Virus record (IMG/VR): IMGVR_UViG_3300029818_000001 | Location: 1 to 64,000 of that record | Length of the DNA: 64,000 nucleotides | Direction: 5' to 3' (one strand) | DNA from: a virus | Lineage: Duplodnaviria; Caudoviricetes | Part shown: positions 46,532 through 55,630 of the stretch, in pieces | Layout of the letters: the number at the start of each line of letters is the position of its first letter | How positions within the stretch are numbered: the first letter of the stretch is position 1 | Notes under the pieces: generated by a model | What the model was told of the DNA's origin: nothing | Databases searched by the model: none | The model's input: only the letters and a program-made list of their open reading frames with translations | Program-made: the position numbers and the translations under genes

Positions 46532-47583
46532 TGAGTGACGCTCTTCAGGAGATGCTTTTGGCGCTCGACATGGAGGAGTGGCTGAGCTACGAAGGCGTTG
46601 AGTTTAGACGCACACGAGGCTCCCGAGGCGATCAGCTACATATCAAACAATGCCCAAGCTGCGGCAAGAGTGACTGGAAGGTGTATCTCAACGCTGAAAC
46701 TGGCTTGGGCAACTGTTTTCACGCAGATTGCCCAAAAGGGACCTTTAATAAGTATTCCTTCATTCGCGAAACCTTATTGAATCAGTCGGACAAGCCAAAT
46801 ATCAAAGAACACATTAAAAACTTCGTGCGCGAAATGGGGTGGCGTCCTCGCCGCAAGGTCTCCGCTCATGTGGAGATGTCGGCAGAGGATTTAGAGATAC
46901 CGAATTACTTACCAATTCCGATTGAAGGTAAGAATCTCAAGTATCTAATCGATCGACGAGTTGATATTGAAATGGCAAAGTATTTCAATTTGGGCTATAT
47001 CAAGTCAGGATACTTCGGTCAGCGAATCTTTATACCTATTCACGATCTGGATGGGTCGCTGGTTTCATTTCAAGCCAGGGATATCACCGGCAAGGCTGAG
47101 AGAAGGTATCTGTTCCCCAAAGGCTTTGCGTCAACCGCTAGAATCCTCTATAACGGACAGAATGCGTGGCGTAAGAAGCGCATGGTGATCGTCGAAGGGG
47201 TGTTCGATGTCATCGGCACCAAGATTGCCTTCGATGAGACCGATGAGTTCAAAGAAGTAGCGATCGTCGGCTCCTTCGGCTTGTCGCTGTCGGGAGGTGT
47301 GGTCAATAATGACGACGATCAAGTTAGGCGACTAATTGAATTGAAAAAGGCCGGTCTTGAAGAGATTACGCTGATGTGGGATGGCGAAGCTAGAGCGATG
47401 AAGAAGGCGATCGCTCAAGCTGACGTTCTAACCAGCTTAGGCTTTGTCGTCAAAATTAGTAAGCTGCCTGAGAATAGAGACCCAGGTGATTTAGCCCCTT
47501 CCGTCATTCGTCAGTGCTTTAGACAGGCGACCACATTCAATCAAGTTAATTCGCTTAAGCTAAAGTTGGCATTTTGCAAATAA
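46528..47583 (+). CDS. DNA primase (Zn ribbon + TOPRIM)
   Basis: CPSC...CFHADC, RIFIPI, VEGVFD, MWDGE. Confidence 0.88.
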   Translation: MMSDALQEMLLALDMEEWLSYEGVEFRRTRGSRGDQLHIKQCPSCGKSDWKVYLNAETGLGNCFHADCPKGTFNKYSFIRETLLNQSDKPNIKEHIKNFVREMGWRPRRKVSAHVEMSAEDLEIPNYLPIPIEGKNLKYLIDRRVDIEMAKYFNLGYIKSGYFGQRIFIPIHDLDGSLVSFQARDITGKAERRYLFPKGFASTARILYNGQNAWRKKRMVIVEGVFDVIGTKIAFDETDEFKEVAIVGSFGLSLSGGVVNNDDDQVRRLIELKKAGLEEITLMWDGEARAMKKAIAQADVLTSLGFVVKISKLPENRDPGDLAPSVIRQCFRQATTFNQVNSLKLKLAFCK

Positions 47584-47598
47584 GTCATTGGTGACTTG
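47581..47598. promoter_or_regulatory. Operator-like copy TAAGTCA-TTGG-TGACTTG
   Basis: Overlaps primase stop codon. Confidence 0.75.
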
Positions 47599-47634
47599 TA
47601 AGCCCTAACAGCGGGGCTTACAATAGCTCTATAA

Positions 47635-48192
47635 GTGAACGGCGAAGAGGATGTTGTGAGCGCTTCAAATCAAGACACGATACGGGCAGCGTTCGAAATA
47701 TTGAATGTCGCTCTCAAGAGTTCGGACGTAATGAGGAACAAGGGCGGGTATAGGCAATGTGAGGTGATGATTTTAACCTATCAAGTTCCAGAGCCGGCCA
47801 CCAATAAAAGATTTCCAGTGCCGCTTGTGAGTGAGTTTAAAGCGGTTGGGGTGACTCAGATTACTGAGAGAGACAATACAAGGCATCTTAAGATTGTGAG
47901 GCCAACCGGCATATCGGAAGCTCATAGTTATCTGAATAAGATTGTGAGTGACAGAAAGGCTAGAGGTTACTGGCACGATGGCTTGTATGCTTGCTGGACA
48001 GGCGAAAGAGCTTTCTCATACGTTCAACACAGAATCGATCTAACTTCAACCAAAAGTCACACTTTGATGAATTTCATAGATGGCATGGTTAGGCATGCGG
48101 GGCTTGTTGAGTCGTCGCGGCTCGCCTCAACGCCAGACGCGAGCGTTATCGAGACAAAGATGAAATTAAATCCACTTTACGGGAGTTGGTAA
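47635..48192 (+). CDS. Hypothetical protein
   Basis: 185-aa ORF; K.ARGY segment weakly WGR-like. Confidence 0.6.
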   Translation: MNGEEDVVSASNQDTIRAAFEILNVALKSSDVMRNKGGYRQCEVMILTYQVPEPATNKRFPVPLVSEFKAVGVTQITERDNTRHLKIVRPTGISEAHSYLNKIVSDRKARGYWHDGLYACWTGERAFSYVQHRIDLTSTKSHTLMNFIDGMVRHAGLVESSRLASTPDASVIETKMKLNPLYGSW

Positions 48193-48830
48193 TGAATGAG
48201 CAAGAAGAGAAGCACCCACTGGAGTTTTCCCTCAAAGGAAACAACACGATCTATGTCGGCTGCGAGTTTCGAGCCTTTCGTCAAAACTATGCGATTTGTT
48301 TGAATGTTATCAAGGCATACGAAGAAGGTCGCCGCAAGCTTGAGGAAGAGTGTTGTAGCGAGATCAAGCGAGGCGTTTGTCCCGCGCTCGCCATGAGAAA
48401 AGAAGAAGTCGAGGCAGGCTATGCGTTGCATTATAAACCTAGAGCACCTGCACCTGAGGTTAAGAAAGAGGAGAAGGTGATTTTTCAATCCTCGAATTAC
48501 ACTCAAAAAGATCCAAACTATCAGCGCGGGTGGAATCACGCCGGGTCAGTCATTAATGGCGCAAAGAATAAATCCATCAAGAGTGTGCCAATTGCACCTT
48601 TGGCACAAAACAAGAGATTTACGGCGGATGTGGAGGCTAGAGTTAAAAGCGACAATCTTTCCTTTTCTGATGCCATATCATCAGCAATCAAGAGTGAGAT
48701 TGGCGATACGAAAAATCAGCAAAAACAAAAAGAGTTGGTAGAGAAAGAAATTAAAGAGACTCCAATTAAGCAGGAGTCGTTATTGGAAAAAGCAAGACGT
48801 TTAAGAGAGCAAAAGGAGATGAGTAGATGA
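48192..48830 (+). CDS. Hypothetical protein (Cys-containing N-terminus)
   Basis: TAATG coupling; C...Y..C...C..CPA pattern. Confidence 0.7.
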   Translation: MNEQEEKHPLEFSLKGNNTIYVGCEFRAFRQNYAICLNVIKAYEEGRRKLEEECCSEIKRGVCPALAMRKEEVEAGYALHYKPRAPAPEVKKEEKVIFQSSNYTQKDPNYQRGWNHAGSVINGAKNKSIKSVPIAPLAQNKRFTADVEARVKSDNLSFSDAISSAIKSEIGDTKNQQKQKELVEKEIKETPIKQESLLEKARRLREQKEMSR

Positions 48831-49015
48831 TGGAGTTGGCAGTAGGGTTGATTGCGCTCTATATAATAAGGAATGGAGGCTTTTGTCATTCCGTGCATTT
48901 TATAGGCGCAGCATGTATTGCGATCGTCGCGGGAATGGTGTGGTATATAGCCATACCGGTAATTGTAACCGCTATGCTGTTTGAGACGATGGCTAAGAAC
49001 ACTTTAAAGCGCTAG
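48827..49015 (+). CDS. Small membrane protein
   Basis: 62 aa, mostly hydrophobic. Confidence 0.5.
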   Translation: MMELAVGLIALYIIRNGGFCHSVHFIGAACIAIVAGMVWYIAIPVIVTAMLFETMAKNTLKR

Positions 49016-49059
49016 CTCATTTGCGCAGAGTTATGGTATTTTCCACACAGGAGGATGCC

Positions 49060-49497
49060 ATGATTCGAAAACGCAGCACTATTTTAAAAACCACCAGAGA
49101 CGACTTTTTGACCGATGTTGAGTTGGCTAAGTCATTAAGTCGTTTTTCACCTATGGCGCAAAAGGCCATTCTATTTTCGCTATTAACACATACGTCTCCA
49201 GAAGAAACGACCTTGCTGACGTGGGAAGAGGCGAAAAGGCTTCGATTAGATAAACCCTCGATTCAATTATTGAGAACGTTGCCAGTCCATATCAATTCGC
49301 TGTTGGTATTTTGGAAGCAAACCAGCGAGGGCGAAGTTTATCCGATTTACAATCTCAATAGCCTTTGTCGCCATATCGCTAACGGAAAAGATTGGTCGAC
49401 CTATCAAGAAGCGTTCGATCGAATGATTTATGTTGCCGATTCATCAGTCGCCTTTAATACAATTTTGATTAAGCACCTAATGACTTTTCGTCTATAA
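49060..49497 (+). CDS. Hypothetical protein resembling a degenerate tyrosine-recombinase catalytic domain
   Basis: AGGAGG SD; ILFSLLTHTSPEETTLLTW resembles box I without the catalytic Arg. Confidence 0.55.
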   Translation: MIRKRSTILKTTRDDFLTDVELAKSLSRFSPMAQKAILFSLLTHTSPEETTLLTWEEAKRLRLDKPSIQLLRTLPVHINSLLVFWKQTSEGEVYPIYNLNSLCRHIANGKDWSTYQEAFDRMIYVADSSVAFNTILIKHLMTFRL

Positions 49498-49499
49498 TT

Positions 49500-49833
49500 G
49501 CGGCACGTTTTTGGCACACTGGTGGCACAGTGCCAAGCGAAATAAGAGGATTTTTGAGTAATTTTTAGAGTGTGCCAGAAGTTGCGATTTTAGCTTTAAC
49601 TGTTTGATTTTTTTAATGCTTTTTATGGTGCCGAGGAGAGGACTTGAACCTCCACGCCCTTGCGAGCACTAGCACCTGAAGCTAGCGTGTCTACCAATTT
49701 CACCACCTCGGCAAAGGTGTGCTGTATCAGCGAAGTGAGCTAATAAAATCAACAACTTGGGTTAGATCGTCTTGACTGATATAGCCGGAGGCTAGTGACA
49801 GTCAAAAGTAGCTCTGGCACACTCTCGGCACAG
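49500..49833. other. attP-like region: TGGCACA(C/G) arm-type repeats, two IHF sites and a tRNA core
   Basis: Arms 49512, 49523, 49570(rc), 49815, 49826; WATCAANNNNTTR at 49597-49609(rc) and 49747-49759. Confidence 0.75.
49626..49712 (-). tRNA. tRNA-Leu (anticodon CAG), full length with CCA
   Basis: GCCGAGG...TGGTAGAC D-loop, CTAGC-TTCAGGT-GCTAG, long variable arm, GGTTCAAGTCC, CCTCGGCACCA. Confidence 0.97.
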
Positions 49834-49844
49834 TGAGAAAAATT

Positions 49845-50801
49845 ATGGCGACAATTAGAAAGCGGTCGGGCAAGTGGCACGTTCAAGTTAGAAAGTTGGG
49901 TCAGTCAATAACCAGAAGTTTTACTAGCAAGAACGATGCCGAAAGATGGGCTAGACAGACAGAAAGCGAAATTGAGCAAGATCGCTTTGTGCCAAAAAGA
50001 AAATCGGTCAACTTGTCATTTTTACTTGACAAGTGGCGAGACGAAGTGTTGATAAATCTAAAAAGCCACTCTGTCGATAAATATAAGGTGGAGCTTATTA
50101 AGCGCAGTCTTGGCGAATACTCGCTGAATGAGATCACCAGTGAGCGTCTTGCTGCATATCGGGACGAGCGCGCGAAAGAGGTTTCAGCACAAACCGTCAA
50201 GCATGAGTTGGGAATTATCCGGCGAGCTATGAACTGCGGCGTTGAATGGGGCTTCAACAATAGCGTCCCCTATGTTAAATCACCCTCGCTGAAGGGTCAG
50301 GGTCGCAAGCGCAGATTAAACGATAATGAATCTGCCAAGCTTGAGGCGACTGTGGATGAATACATGCACAACATCATCATCTTTCTGGAGGAGACCGCCA
50401 TGCGTCGCGGGGAGTTGGCAAAAATTAAACTGTCCGATGTCAGTATCGATGAGCGGTCTATTCATTTGGGCGACACCAAGAATGGCGATGACCGAGTGGT
50501 CCCGGTAAGTAAAAGAGGTATGACAGCTTTGCGTTATCTGATGGACAACGCAAAGGGAGAGAAATTGTTAAATTACTCGAAAGGCTGGTTGTCGAGAAAA
50601 TTCACACGATATAGAAAGAGCGCAGGCATAGAAGATTTTCGACTGCATGACTTTCGACATGAAGGCGCTTCGCTGCTATTCGAAAAGGGCTTGAACGTGA
50701 TGGAGGTTGGGGCAATTACAGGTCACAAAGATTTGGCATCACTTAGTCGATACACTCATATCAACACCAGACACTTATTGAAAAAGCTGGACGAGAAGTG
50801 A
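49845..50801 (+). CDS. int: Tyrosine integrase
   Basis: MATIRKR.GKW arm-binding N-terminus; AMRRGE, TKNG, HDFRH, GH, RYTH catalytic set. Confidence 0.95.
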   Translation: MATIRKRSGKWHVQVRKLGQSITRSFTSKNDAERWARQTESEIEQDRFVPKRKSVNLSFLLDKWRDEVLINLKSHSVDKYKVELIKRSLGEYSLNEITSERLAAYRDERAKEVSAQTVKHELGIIRRAMNCGVEWGFNNSVPYVKSPSLKGQGRKRRLNDNESAKLEATVDEYMHNIIIFLEETAMRRGELAKIKLSDVSIDERSIHLGDTKNGDDRVVPVSKRGMTALRYLMDNAKGEKLLNYSKGWLSRKFTRYRKSAGIEDFRLHDFRHEGASLLFEKGLNVMEVGAITGHKDLASLSRYTHINTRHLLKKLDEK

Positions 50802-50816
50802 TGCCAAATTATACCC

Positions 50817-51212
50817 TTATTGAGACGCAACACTTTTGATTGCGTCAATTATACCTTTCTTTCTGGCGAGAATTTCAACAGGCGAGTAGGTGTTGCGCAT
50901 CGCCTTAATAATCTCGCGCTCATCCTCACTAATCGGCTCGCCCAATATTTGTTTAATGGCTTCGTATTTTTCAGGTTCGTAAGCGGTCATTACAATATCA
51001 AGCATGACCGCAGGATCGGCACCGATAATCTTTGCCAGTTTTGGAATAACATAGACTGGTAACTTAGAGCGACCTTGTTTAAACATGGTGATAACATTTG
51101 GGTTGTCGTAACCGAGCATTTCCGCTATTTGATTCTGTCTATATTTACAGGCGTCAATCTTGTCGCGAATAAAGTTTGCAACGGTCTGGTTTTCGATGGA
51201 TATTTTCGACAT
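50817..51212 (-). CDS. XRE-type HTH transcriptional regulator (candidate repressor)
   Basis: QNQIAEMLGYDNPNVITMFKQG...LP......LAKIIG. Confidence 0.85.
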   Translation of the reverse strand: MSKISIENQTVANFIRDKIDACKYRQNQIAEMLGYDNPNVITMFKQGRSKLPVYVIPKLAKIIGADPAVMLDIVMTAYEPEKYEAIKQILGEPISEDEREIIKAMRNTYSPVEILARKKGIIDAIKSVASQ

Positions 51213-51585
51213 ACTTTCCTCTTTTTATTTTAAATGATGCAATTATTTGTTGCCATCATCGCCGCTCTGTGATAATTCGTCTAGTATTATTTATGCGGTG
51301 ACTTATTATAATTGCGGCCTTGTGTCAATGCAAAACTTATTTATGTTTTGCCAATGAGAATTGGGTCACATTTTAATTTGTAAGTAAATGCTTACAGCCA
51401 AACTATTATAATGGCGAGAATAACTGTAGTCTAATTATTAAATAAATGGTGACTTTTATTTGTTTGCTGAATAAATATTAAGGCTGTAAAATTGTTGAAG
51501 CGGCACAAGAGAGCCAATTACAGATGCCCGCATAGCATCTGTCGTTGGCGTTTTACATTTGATTATGAAGTGGTTGGAATATAGC

Positions 51586-51774
51586 ATGACGAATAAAAAT
51601 TACAATAGCGCAGTATCTAAAGCGTTAGATGAATTGGCATCAGAACTGCCGGAGGATGGTGTGGACGTTTTAGATTTCAACGACCATGTGGTTAATATAT
51701 GGAAAGATTGTAAAGGAAATATTAAGCTATCGATACACGCCGGTGGCAGCAGAGTGACAATTTTAACGATGTAA
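51586..51774 (+). CDS. Small hypothetical protein
   Basis: 62 aa from MTNKNY; weak SD. Confidence 0.45.
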   Translation: MTNKNYNSAVSKALDELASELPEDGVDVLDFNDHVVNIWKDCKGNIKLSIHAGGSRVTILTM

Positions 51775-51898
51775 CGCGGAGTAGGTGACTTGTCGAATTT
51801 TAGAGCTTACCTGATCAAAACCTACTTATTCGATGTAGAATGACAACTGAGTAAAGCAATTCGATAAGTCGCAGCCGGCTTTAAGTTATGCCGGTAAG

Positions 51899-51916
51899 TA
51901 AGTCACCTATGAATAA
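51899..51916. promoter_or_regulatory. Operator-like copy TAAGTCA-CCTA-TGAATAA
   Basis: Just upstream of cobT-like SD. Confidence 0.65.
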
Positions 51917-51924
51917 GAGGATTT

Positions 51925-53838
51925 ATGAAAAAAGACGTTGAGGTATTAAGAGAGAGTATCCGCGCAATCACGCAGATATTGGCGCAAGACAACATACAGG
52001 TTACGCAAACAGGTGTGGACGCATATACGGTGGCTGACGAAACAGGCAGACCGGAGCTGATTAATCTACCTTATTTGCCGGATGACGCCTCGGATGAATT
52101 GATTAGTGCGGTTCAAGGTTATCTCGATCACGAAGTAGGTCACGCTTTGTTTTCTGATTTCAGCGTGGCGTCTAAAGCTAAGAGATCTGGCAGCGTTGTC
52201 GCTCAGTTTCACAATATCGTCGAAGACACCTTCGTCGAGCGCAAGATGATTGGCAAATTTAGAGGCTGTAGTTACAACTTGGGTAGCGTCGGTGCCTTTT
52301 ATCTTTCGCGCTTTGTCGATAAGAAGATCGAGGAGGGTGATGAGAAGACGCTCGCGTCAGTATTAGTGGTTCCAGCAATACGGGCGTTCTCAGGTCAGCA
52401 GATATTTATTGATTACATGGCTGATAAGTGGCACATCATCGCCGATTTCCGTAAGATAGTTGAGCCAATGAGTGCGGAAATTGCAAGCTTAAGTTCGTCA
52501 CAGGAATGTCTCGACATGGCGATTAAAATTGTCGAAGCGACGAATAAGAAGAAAGAGGAGAAGAAAGAGGAGAAGAAAGAGGAGAAGAAAGAGGAGAAGA
52601 AAGAGGAGAAGAAAAAGGAGAAGAAAAAGGAGAAGAAAGGGGAGTCTTCGGAAGAAAGCGAGGAAGGAGAAGAAGAGAAAGACAAAGACGAAAGTGAAGA
52701 AAGTGAAGAAAGTGAAGAAAGTGAAGAAAGTGAAGAAAGTGAAGAAAGTGAAGAAAGTGAAGAAAGTGAAGGAGAGGGAGACGAAAGTGAAGGAGACGGA
52801 GAAGGGGAAGGAGAAGAAGGAGGCGAAAGTGAAGGAGAGTCGGACTTGAGGCTTATCTTCACAAATATGGAGCATAGTGATATCACGGAGGGCGTCAATG
52901 AAGCGCTCTCGACAGAAGTGGTGAATACAGCGAAAGGCTCGCAATATGTTAAGTTCACAGATGAGTATGACGAGGTGAAGCCGCTCGATAAAGCGTATTG
53001 GTCAAGCGAAAAGCAGGCTCAAGAATTTGAAGATACTGTGTCACACATAACGGCACCTATTCAAAAAGATATCGAACGAGCCATTTGTGCGCGTTCGATA
53101 TCTACCTGGTCCAATGGGCATCGCAAAGGTAGACTGCATGGCTCGTCGCTGTCTCGACTGACGATTGGTGACGATCGTATCTTTAGAAAGAAGGTCGTTA
53201 ATAACAGTAAAGATGTGGTGGCCAGCTTGGTAATCGACTGTAGCGGATCAATGACTGGCAATAGAATGAAGTTGGCCTGTCAAGCCGCGATGACACTTTC
53301 AATGGTATTGGACCGCCTAAAGATCAGTCATGAAGTTTGTGGCTTCACAACGAAAAGCATGCCGCATGAAGTGATTGTAAAAATGGAAAAGGATCGTAAA
53401 GATCGCGACATTTATTATGCGCGACAAGAGGCGATCGCAATGCCAATATTTAAAGCGTTCGGCGAGCGCTTGACGATGGCTACAAAGCAGAAAATCACAG
53501 GAGCAGGCGTTGGTAATATAGATATGTGCAATAACTGCGATGGTGAGTCAGTTGAAATGGCCGCAAGACGCTTAATGTCTCAGAAAGAGGCTCGCAAGAT
53601 TATGATCGTGCTATCGGATGGGGCGCCAGCCTGTTGGGGCGGCGGCGACTTTAGAAGACATTTAAAGGATACAGTTAGCGGCTTGGAAAGGGTCATGGAT
53701 GTCGTAGGCATTGGTATTCAATCGCGAGAGGTGGAGAGATACTACTCTAAAAACATCTATGTTGATGATGTTAGCGATTTGCCACTCGTGGTGGCAAAGC
53801 AGTTAAAAGCAATGCTTTTGGCTGGCGCTAACAAATAG
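51925..53838 (+). CDS. cobT: CobT-like VWA-domain protein
   Basis: GYLDHEVGH, NIVED..VER, DCSGSM MIDAS, IVLSDGAP. Confidence 0.85.
   Translation: MKKDVEVLRESIRAITQILAQDNIQVTQTGVDAYTVADETGRPELINLPYLPDDASDELISAVQGYLDHEVGHALFSDFSVASKAKRSGSVVAQFHNIVEDTFVERKMIGKFRGCSYNLGSVGAFYLSRFVDKKIEEGDEKTLASVLVVPAIRAFSGQQIFIDYMADKWHIIADFRKIVEPMSAEIASLSSSQECLDMAIKIVEATNKKKEEKKEEKKEEKKEEKKEEKKKEKKKEKKGESSEESEEGEEEKDKDESEESEESEESEESEESEESEESEESEGEGDESEGDGEGEGEEGGESEGESDLRLIFTNMEHSDITEGVNEALSTEVVNTAKGSQYVKFTDEYDEVKPLDKAYWSSEKQAQEFEDTVSHITAPIQKDIERAICARSISTWSNGHRKGRLHGSSLSRLTIGDDRIFRKKVVNNSKDVVASLVIDCSGSMTGNRMKLACQAAMTLSMVLDRLKISHEVCGFTTKSMPHEVIVKMEKDRKDRDIYYARQEAIAMPIFKAFGERLTMATKQKITGAGVGNIDMCNNCDGESVEMAARRLMSQKEARKIMIVLSDGAPACWGGGDFRRHLKDTVSGLERVMDVVGIGIQSREVERYYSKNIYVDDVSDLPLVVAKQLKAMLLAGANK
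52549..52770 (+). repeat. Purine-rich microsatellite linker: AAGAAAGAGGAG x5 (+2 variants) and GAAAGTGAA x9
   Basis: Read directly; encodes (KKEE)n and (ESE)n. Confidence 0.93.
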
Positions 53839-53864
53839 CAAAGCTATCGAAACGCCCTAAGAAA

Positions 53865-53882
53865 TAAGTCATGGATGACTTT
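53865..53882. promoter_or_regulatory. Operator-like copy TAAGTCA-TGGA-TGACTTT
   Basis: Between cobT-like and cobS-like genes. Confidence 0.75.
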
Positions 53883-53954
53883 TAATACCTGCTTTGCTGC
53901 TTTATTATAAGCACTTATGTTAATCGGCAATTTTTCAACAAAAAGAGGATATCT

Positions 53955-55100
53955 ATGAGCATGATCACCTGTCAAATATGCGGTTCTCAAGTCCACTCAG
54001 TTCAGCTTCATCTGCGTGATGACCACGCAGAATGGACTGTCGAGGAATATCAAAAAGAATTTCCAGATTCGCCACTGTTAAGCGAGGCGGCCAAAGAGCG
54101 TCTGGAAAAGCGCAAAGCGGAAACCACGCTTCGCCACATGAATTCGACCAACGTCGTGCCGATTGACAAAGAGGGCGGCGAAGAAATGGTCGCGATGGGT
54201 TCTCTGTTCGGACTAGGTAAGACGAAAGCGGCACTGAGCGCTACGGGCAATCCCATTATGATCAAGCGTTACGGGAGAGCCAAAAACTCAGCCGATTTAA
54301 TACCGGATTCAGATGACAATTTCGTCTATGATATCGAGGTGTTGAAAAACGTGCTGTTAGGTTTCGATCTGAATATACCGACGTATTTATGGGGACATGC
54401 GGGGACGGGAAAATCCAGTTTTGTCGAGCAAGTGTGCGCTAAAACCAACAGACCGCTGATTCGCATCCAGCATACCGTGAATACCGAAGAGAGCCACATC
54501 GTTGGGCAATGGACGGCGAGAGACGGCTCGACTCACTTTGAATTAGGGCCGTTGGCGATTGCGATGAAAGAAGGCTACGTTTATATGGCGGATGAATACG
54601 ATTTCGCCCTACCTTCGGTGCTGTCCGTCTATCAATCGGTCTTAGAAGGTAAGTCACTGATGATTAAGGAAGCGGATACTACCAACAGAGTAATTAAGCC
54701 ACACCCGAACTTTCGCTTTGTAGCAACTGGAAACACAAATGGAAGCGGTGACGAAACAGGTCTGTATCAAGGAACGAATATGCAGAACGCAGCAAACTAC
54801 GATCGCTTTGGCGTTGTTTGTAAGGTCAACTACATGCCTCAGAAGATGGAAGTTCGAATTCTGGTGGGTCAGTCCGGTATCGATGGCGACGACGCTGATC
54901 GTTTAGTCAAGTTGGCTAAGGAGATTCGCGATGCCTATGACGCCGGCAAAATCTCTTCGACGATATCGCCGAGAGCTTTGGTTAATGCGGCAAAGGTCGG
55001 CGTTCGTAGAGGCTCGCTATTAACTGGCTTTCAGCTTGCTTTTGGCAACAAGCTAAGTCAGATCGATCAAGAGGTTTGCACTGGGTTAGCTCAGCGCTAA
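53955..55100 (+). CDS. cobS: CobS/MoxR-like AAA+ ATPase with N-terminal Zn finger
   Basis: CQIC...HLRDDH; GHAGTGKS; ADEYD; FRFVATGN; ISPRAL. Confidence 0.88.
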   Translation: MSMITCQICGSQVHSVQLHLRDDHAEWTVEEYQKEFPDSPLLSEAAKERLEKRKAETTLRHMNSTNVVPIDKEGGEEMVAMGSLFGLGKTKAALSATGNPIMIKRYGRAKNSADLIPDSDDNFVYDIEVLKNVLLGFDLNIPTYLWGHAGTGKSSFVEQVCAKTNRPLIRIQHTVNTEESHIVGQWTARDGSTHFELGPLAIAMKEGYVYMADEYDFALPSVLSVYQSVLEGKSLMIKEADTTNRVIKPHPNFRFVATGNTNGSGDETGLYQGTNMQNAANYDRFGVVCKVNYMPQKMEVRILVGQSGIDGDDADRLVKLAKEIRDAYDAGKISSTISPRALVNAAKVGVRRGSLLTGFQLAFGNKLSQIDQEVCTGLAQR

Positions 55101-55630
55101 TGTATAGCCCGCCTCGCTGTTTTGGTCTTGCCTCGATGCACGGGGCAGACCCTAAGATTTGCGGCGATTGCGCCTTCGAGCCGGAATGTCGCGTCGCCGC
55201 CACGAAAATGATGAATGCTCTGCAAAAGCGCATTACTTTGGGTAATGTCAGAGTAATGCGCTCTGCGGTCGCCCCAGTTGCGGATGAGGTTAAGCCAATT
55301 GATGCGCCAATATCCACAGGTTTAAGCAAGATGGCTCTGGCTTTGCTTAGCAAGATTGTCGCTGCCAATGTTAATTTGAGCGAATTGGCGACGCATCGCG
55401 TTAATCCATTTCCGCCGACCTTTAAGCGGGCGCATCTGCGCGGTATCGCCAATCTTCTATTAAGCGAACGGTGGGTGTCAGAGAGCGAAATTGTAGCTTT
55501 GCTAATTGAGACTCACGCCATGAGTGAGAAGAGCGCGAGCGTAGAGTGTCGCCTAATTAAAGAGATTTTGGCGCTTTTGGATATTGTCGAGCTTTCTAGC
55601 AAAAGCATGAAATTAAAGGAAAAACAATGA
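55100..55630 (+). CDS. Hypothetical protein (Cys-rich N-terminus)
   Basis: TAATG coupling; CFG...ICGDC...C. Confidence 0.7.
   Translation: MYSPPRCFGLASMHGADPKICGDCAFEPECRVAATKMMNALQKRITLGNVRVMRSAVAPVADEVKPIDAPISTGLSKMALALLSKIVAANVNLSELATHRVNPFPPTFKRAHLRGIANLLLSERWVSESEIVALLIETHAMSEKSASVECRLIKEILALLDIVELSSKSMKLKEKQ

Noticed and set aside
49626-49712. Prophage boundary (attL/attR) with host chromosome
   Set aside because: Both flanks are phage genes and arm-type repeats occur on both sides, which fits attP
52413-52958. Long antisense and alternate-frame ORFs over the cobT-like linker
   Set aside because: By-products of stop-free microsatellite sequence; most other opposite-strand track ORFs are likewise shadows of real genes
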